Positions 61,839-64,000 of a stretch of 64,000 bases of DNA are shown in pieces. Both the position numbers and the translations under genes were made by a program. Source of the DNA: Nematostella vectensis. Lineage: Eukaryota. The notes beneath the pieces were generated by a model. It worked only from the letters and a program-made list of their open reading frames with translations. It searched no databases and was not told the origin of the DNA. The stretch covers positions 6,257,459 to 6,321,458 of the forward strand of contig NC_064039.1 of assembly GCF_932526225.1 (NCBI RefSeq), in the 5' to 3' direction. Numbering within the stretch: the first letter of the stretch is position 1; every line of letters begins with the position of its first letter.

Positions 61839-61853
61839 GTCTTTAAACCACTT
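61839..61853 (-). promoter_or_regulatory. Early-type TATA-like box AAGTGGTTTAAAGAC (PolB gene)
   Basis: It abuts the ATG at 61838 and lies 27 nt before the second ATG at 61820. Confidence 0.6.
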
Positions 61854-61881
61854 TTCAAAAGCTTTTTTAGATGTGAAGCTT

Positions 61882-61902
61882 AGAGGCTAGCCTCCCGAGC
61901 TC
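61882..61902 (-). other. Palindromic motif copy (upstream of PolB, at the inner TIR edge)
   Basis: The reverse complement reads GAGCTCGGGAGGCTAGCCTCT and contains the perfect 12-bp palindrome GAGGCTAGCCTC. Confidence 0.6.
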
Positions 61903-62382
61903 CCCCTAGGTGCGACACGTGACAAAGTGATTGACAGGTGGGCTTGACTATCACGTGACAAAGTGATTGACAGGTTCTTGACAAAATGATTGACAGGTTC
62001 TTGACAAAATGATTGACAGGTTTTTTACAAAGTGATTGACAGGTGGGCGTGGCTATCACATGACAAAGTGATTGACAGGTTTTTGACAAAGTGATTGACA
62101 GGTGGGCTTGGCCGTCACGTGACAAAGTGATTGACAGGTTTTTTACAAAGTGATTGACAGGTGGGCTTGGCTATCACGTGACAAAGTGATTGACAGGTGG
62201 GCTTGGCTATCACGTGACAAAATGATTGACAGGTGGGCTTGGTCGTGCGAGAGATCTCTGGCAAACTCGCGCATGCGCAGGTCGCGAGGCTTGGCGGAGG
62301 TGTGCGGAGACTTTTGCGCCACTTTTGGAATGAAATTTGGGGAGATCAAAAAGTTGCGCCAGCTGCGCCAAAACCCTACTAC
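61899..62382 (-). repeat. Right terminal inverted repeat of the Maverick/Polinton element
   Basis: Reverse complement of the left TIR, with 11 subrepeat copies in a slightly different order. GCGCATGCGC lies at 62269..62278. The base at 62383 is ambiguous between TIR and TSD. Confidence 0.9.
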
Positions 62383-62388
62383 TCCCTC
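62383..62388. repeat. Target-site duplication, right copy (TCCCTC)
   Basis: See the left copy. If 62383 is counted as TIR instead, the TSD is the 5-bp CCCTC. Confidence 0.75.
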
Positions 62389-62498
62389 AAGCATCTTAGA
62401 GAGCCCTCAAAAGAGAGACAAAAAAATAACACTTTGCAAATAAAAACAAATTCTAGGGTTGTTTAGAATAAGATTGATTTGGAATTTTATTAATAAAT

Positions 62499-62980
62499 CC
62501 ATTAACATTTCCACTTTGCAAATATAAATAGAATAAAGTAGAGGAAAGAATGCGGACCTATTTATGGTAAGTAGTAGACACCGGATATCATTAATATACT
62601 CCGCATTCCTGAGTACCGAAGTGTAGTACTGTAGTACTGTACCCTGAGCACCAGAACCTCCATTAACATTTCCACTTTGCAAATATATATAGAATAGAGT
62701 AGAGGAAAGAATGCGGACCTATTTATGGTAAGTAGTAGACACCGGATATCATTAATATACTCCGCATTCCTGAGTACCGAAGTGTAGTACTGTAGTACTG
62801 TACCCTGGGCACCAGAACCTCCATTAACATTTCCACTTTGCAAATATATAGAATAGAGTAGAGGAAAGAATGCGGACCTATTAATGGTAAGTAGTAGACA
62901 CCGGATATCATTAATATACTCCGCTTTCCTGAGTACCGAAGGGTAATACTGTTCCCCTGGTACCAGACCCTCCACACTTC
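62499..62980 (+). repeat. 161-bp tandem repeat, 3 copies, on the right flank of the element
   Basis: CCATTAACATTTCCACTTTGCAAATAT recurs at 62499, 62660 and 62821. Confidence 0.9.
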
Positions 62981-64000
62981 TCTCGTCCAGTCACGGGCTG
63001 TAGGATAATTTGACTCCGAAATAAAGTCTAATGTCTTGTTAGTGTTGAATAAGCACGTATTCCTACTTTGATGCTACCTGGTAATAAATGAGTAAATCGA
63101 CCACCTCGACCCCCAGCGGCGCGTTTTTTCTCTTCCCCGCCGCTGGGGGTGGAGGTGGTACGAATGCGGAACTGTTTAAAACATAAATTAGACACACCAG
63201 CAAACATCATCAATAAGCTCCGCATTCTAAGGGGTATTGTTTTAAAATAATTTTTCTCGTATAGAGTGTATTTGCAAAAATCTAAAACACATAGTCCATT
63301 GTTTCGTCGCACAGCTCACATATTTTCCATAAATTCAATCCTTATTAGATAAAATTCCAAGCTTTGCGCAAACGGTAGCTATAACCCACGGTAAGCTGCT
63401 AGAAAACTCCAGGAAAGAACATTTTCTGCCTTATTATGCTCCAAAAAAAAGAACAGCCAAGCCTCAACTGAAAATAAGAAGTTCTTATAAAGTTGTCATT
63501 GATTGTACGCAAGCAGATAATATATATATTTTTTTAATTAAATGATATGTTATAGGAAAAGTAATTTTCCTCGTAAGTAATTAGTACATTTAGTTAGCAC
63601 TAATACACTATAATCTCTTATTTTTTATGCTTGCTTGAACACGACATTTGGAATATTACATTTTGTGTTCCACACCGGGTAATGAAAACGACCCTTCAAT
63701 AGAAACGATGGTGTAAAAATGTGCGCTTTTAATGATATCCTAAATTCGACCAAATTAACCTAGAGGAGGTGGGATTCATATAACAAGAAATATGTGCACG
63801 CTCAGAAGTTATTAGACTACCCTGTTTCCAGAGCCTCGAACGTCTCTTAGTGGGCAGCGCGGCAATAGGGGGGATGGGACCGCCTTTTATCTTCTCAGTA
63901 CATTATAAAACGCTCGCATTTGACCATAAAATAAAACTCAAAAAGCATGCGAGTAGATCGATGCTTTTTAGAATATTTTTCTAATAAAATGGCTCCAAGC

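Larger units (their letters stand above)
45749..62382. mobile_element. Maverick/Polinton-type self-synthesising virus-like element, apparently intact (16.6 kb, 16 ORFs)
   Basis: The left end AGTAGTAGGGTTTTGGCGCAGC... has its reverse complement at the right end. TIRs are ~0.5 kb. A 6-bp direct repeat TCCCTC flanks both sides. Contents: pPolB, rve integrase, FtsK/HerA-type ATPase, capsid candidates. No ORF is interrupted. Confidence 0.92.

Noticed and set aside
62407-62977. ORFs of 84-137 aa right of the element
   Set aside because: They are periodic frames across the 161-bp tandem repeat, giving the same peptide three times. They are not genes.
1-64000. Prokaryote-style annotation (operons, Shine-Dalgarno sites, sigma-70 promoters, rho-independent terminators, CRISPR, rRNA/tRNA)
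   Set aside because: The window is clearly eukaryotic. I could not support any rRNA, tRNA or CRISPR feature by eye. tRNA absence was not exhaustively tested and should be checked with tRNAscan-SE.

Overview
This window is eukaryotic (metazoan) nuclear DNA, not prokaryotic. It has multi-exon genes with GT-AG introns, intronic minisatellites, MITEs and non-LTR retrotransposon remnants. A marine-invertebrate or cnidarian-like host is my guess only.

Host genes, 1-39.3 kb:
- A SCUBE-like EGF / GCC2-GCC3 / CUB gene (258..9857). Its last four exons are tandemly duplicated, still intact, at 12023..14283.
- A CHAC2-like gene on the minus strand, head-to-head with a single-exon UMP synthase gene.
- A cyclin-J-like gene on the minus strand, head-to-head with a 30-exon major vault protein gene (22823..39269). 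Its introns carry six different minisatellites, and a seventh lies just downstream of the stop codon. One of the intronic arrays amplifies a splice donor about 25 times.

39.3-45.7 kb is satellite and transposon debris.

The stand-out is 45749..62382, an apparently intact 16.6-kb Maverick/Polinton-type virus-like element.
- It has ~0.5-kb terminal inverted repeats, and their outer ~150 bp are identical.
- It is flanked by a 6-bp TCCCTC target-site duplication and sits inside a host 547-bp tandem repeat.
- It carries 16 uninterrupted ORFs: protein-primed PolB, rve integrase, FtsK/HerA-type packaging ATPase, candidate major and minor capsid proteins, and a run of small membrane proteins.
- I found no adenain-like protease.

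Unusual features of the element:
- It encodes a clear TFIIB homologue (46734..47660), plus an ankyrin-repeat protein and a tandem zinc-ribbon protein.
- Every ORF is preceded at about 26-35 nt by a conserved TATA-like box. Two sequence classes exist: AAGTGGTTTAAAGAC and TTTAAAGATT.
- The TIRs carry arrays of perfect PBX/MEIS-type (TGATTGACAG), CACGTG and NRF1-type sites.
- A 20-22-bp palindromic motif is scattered through both coding and non-coding parts.

Together these suggest an element-encoded Pol II initiation system. I could not test novelty without database searches.
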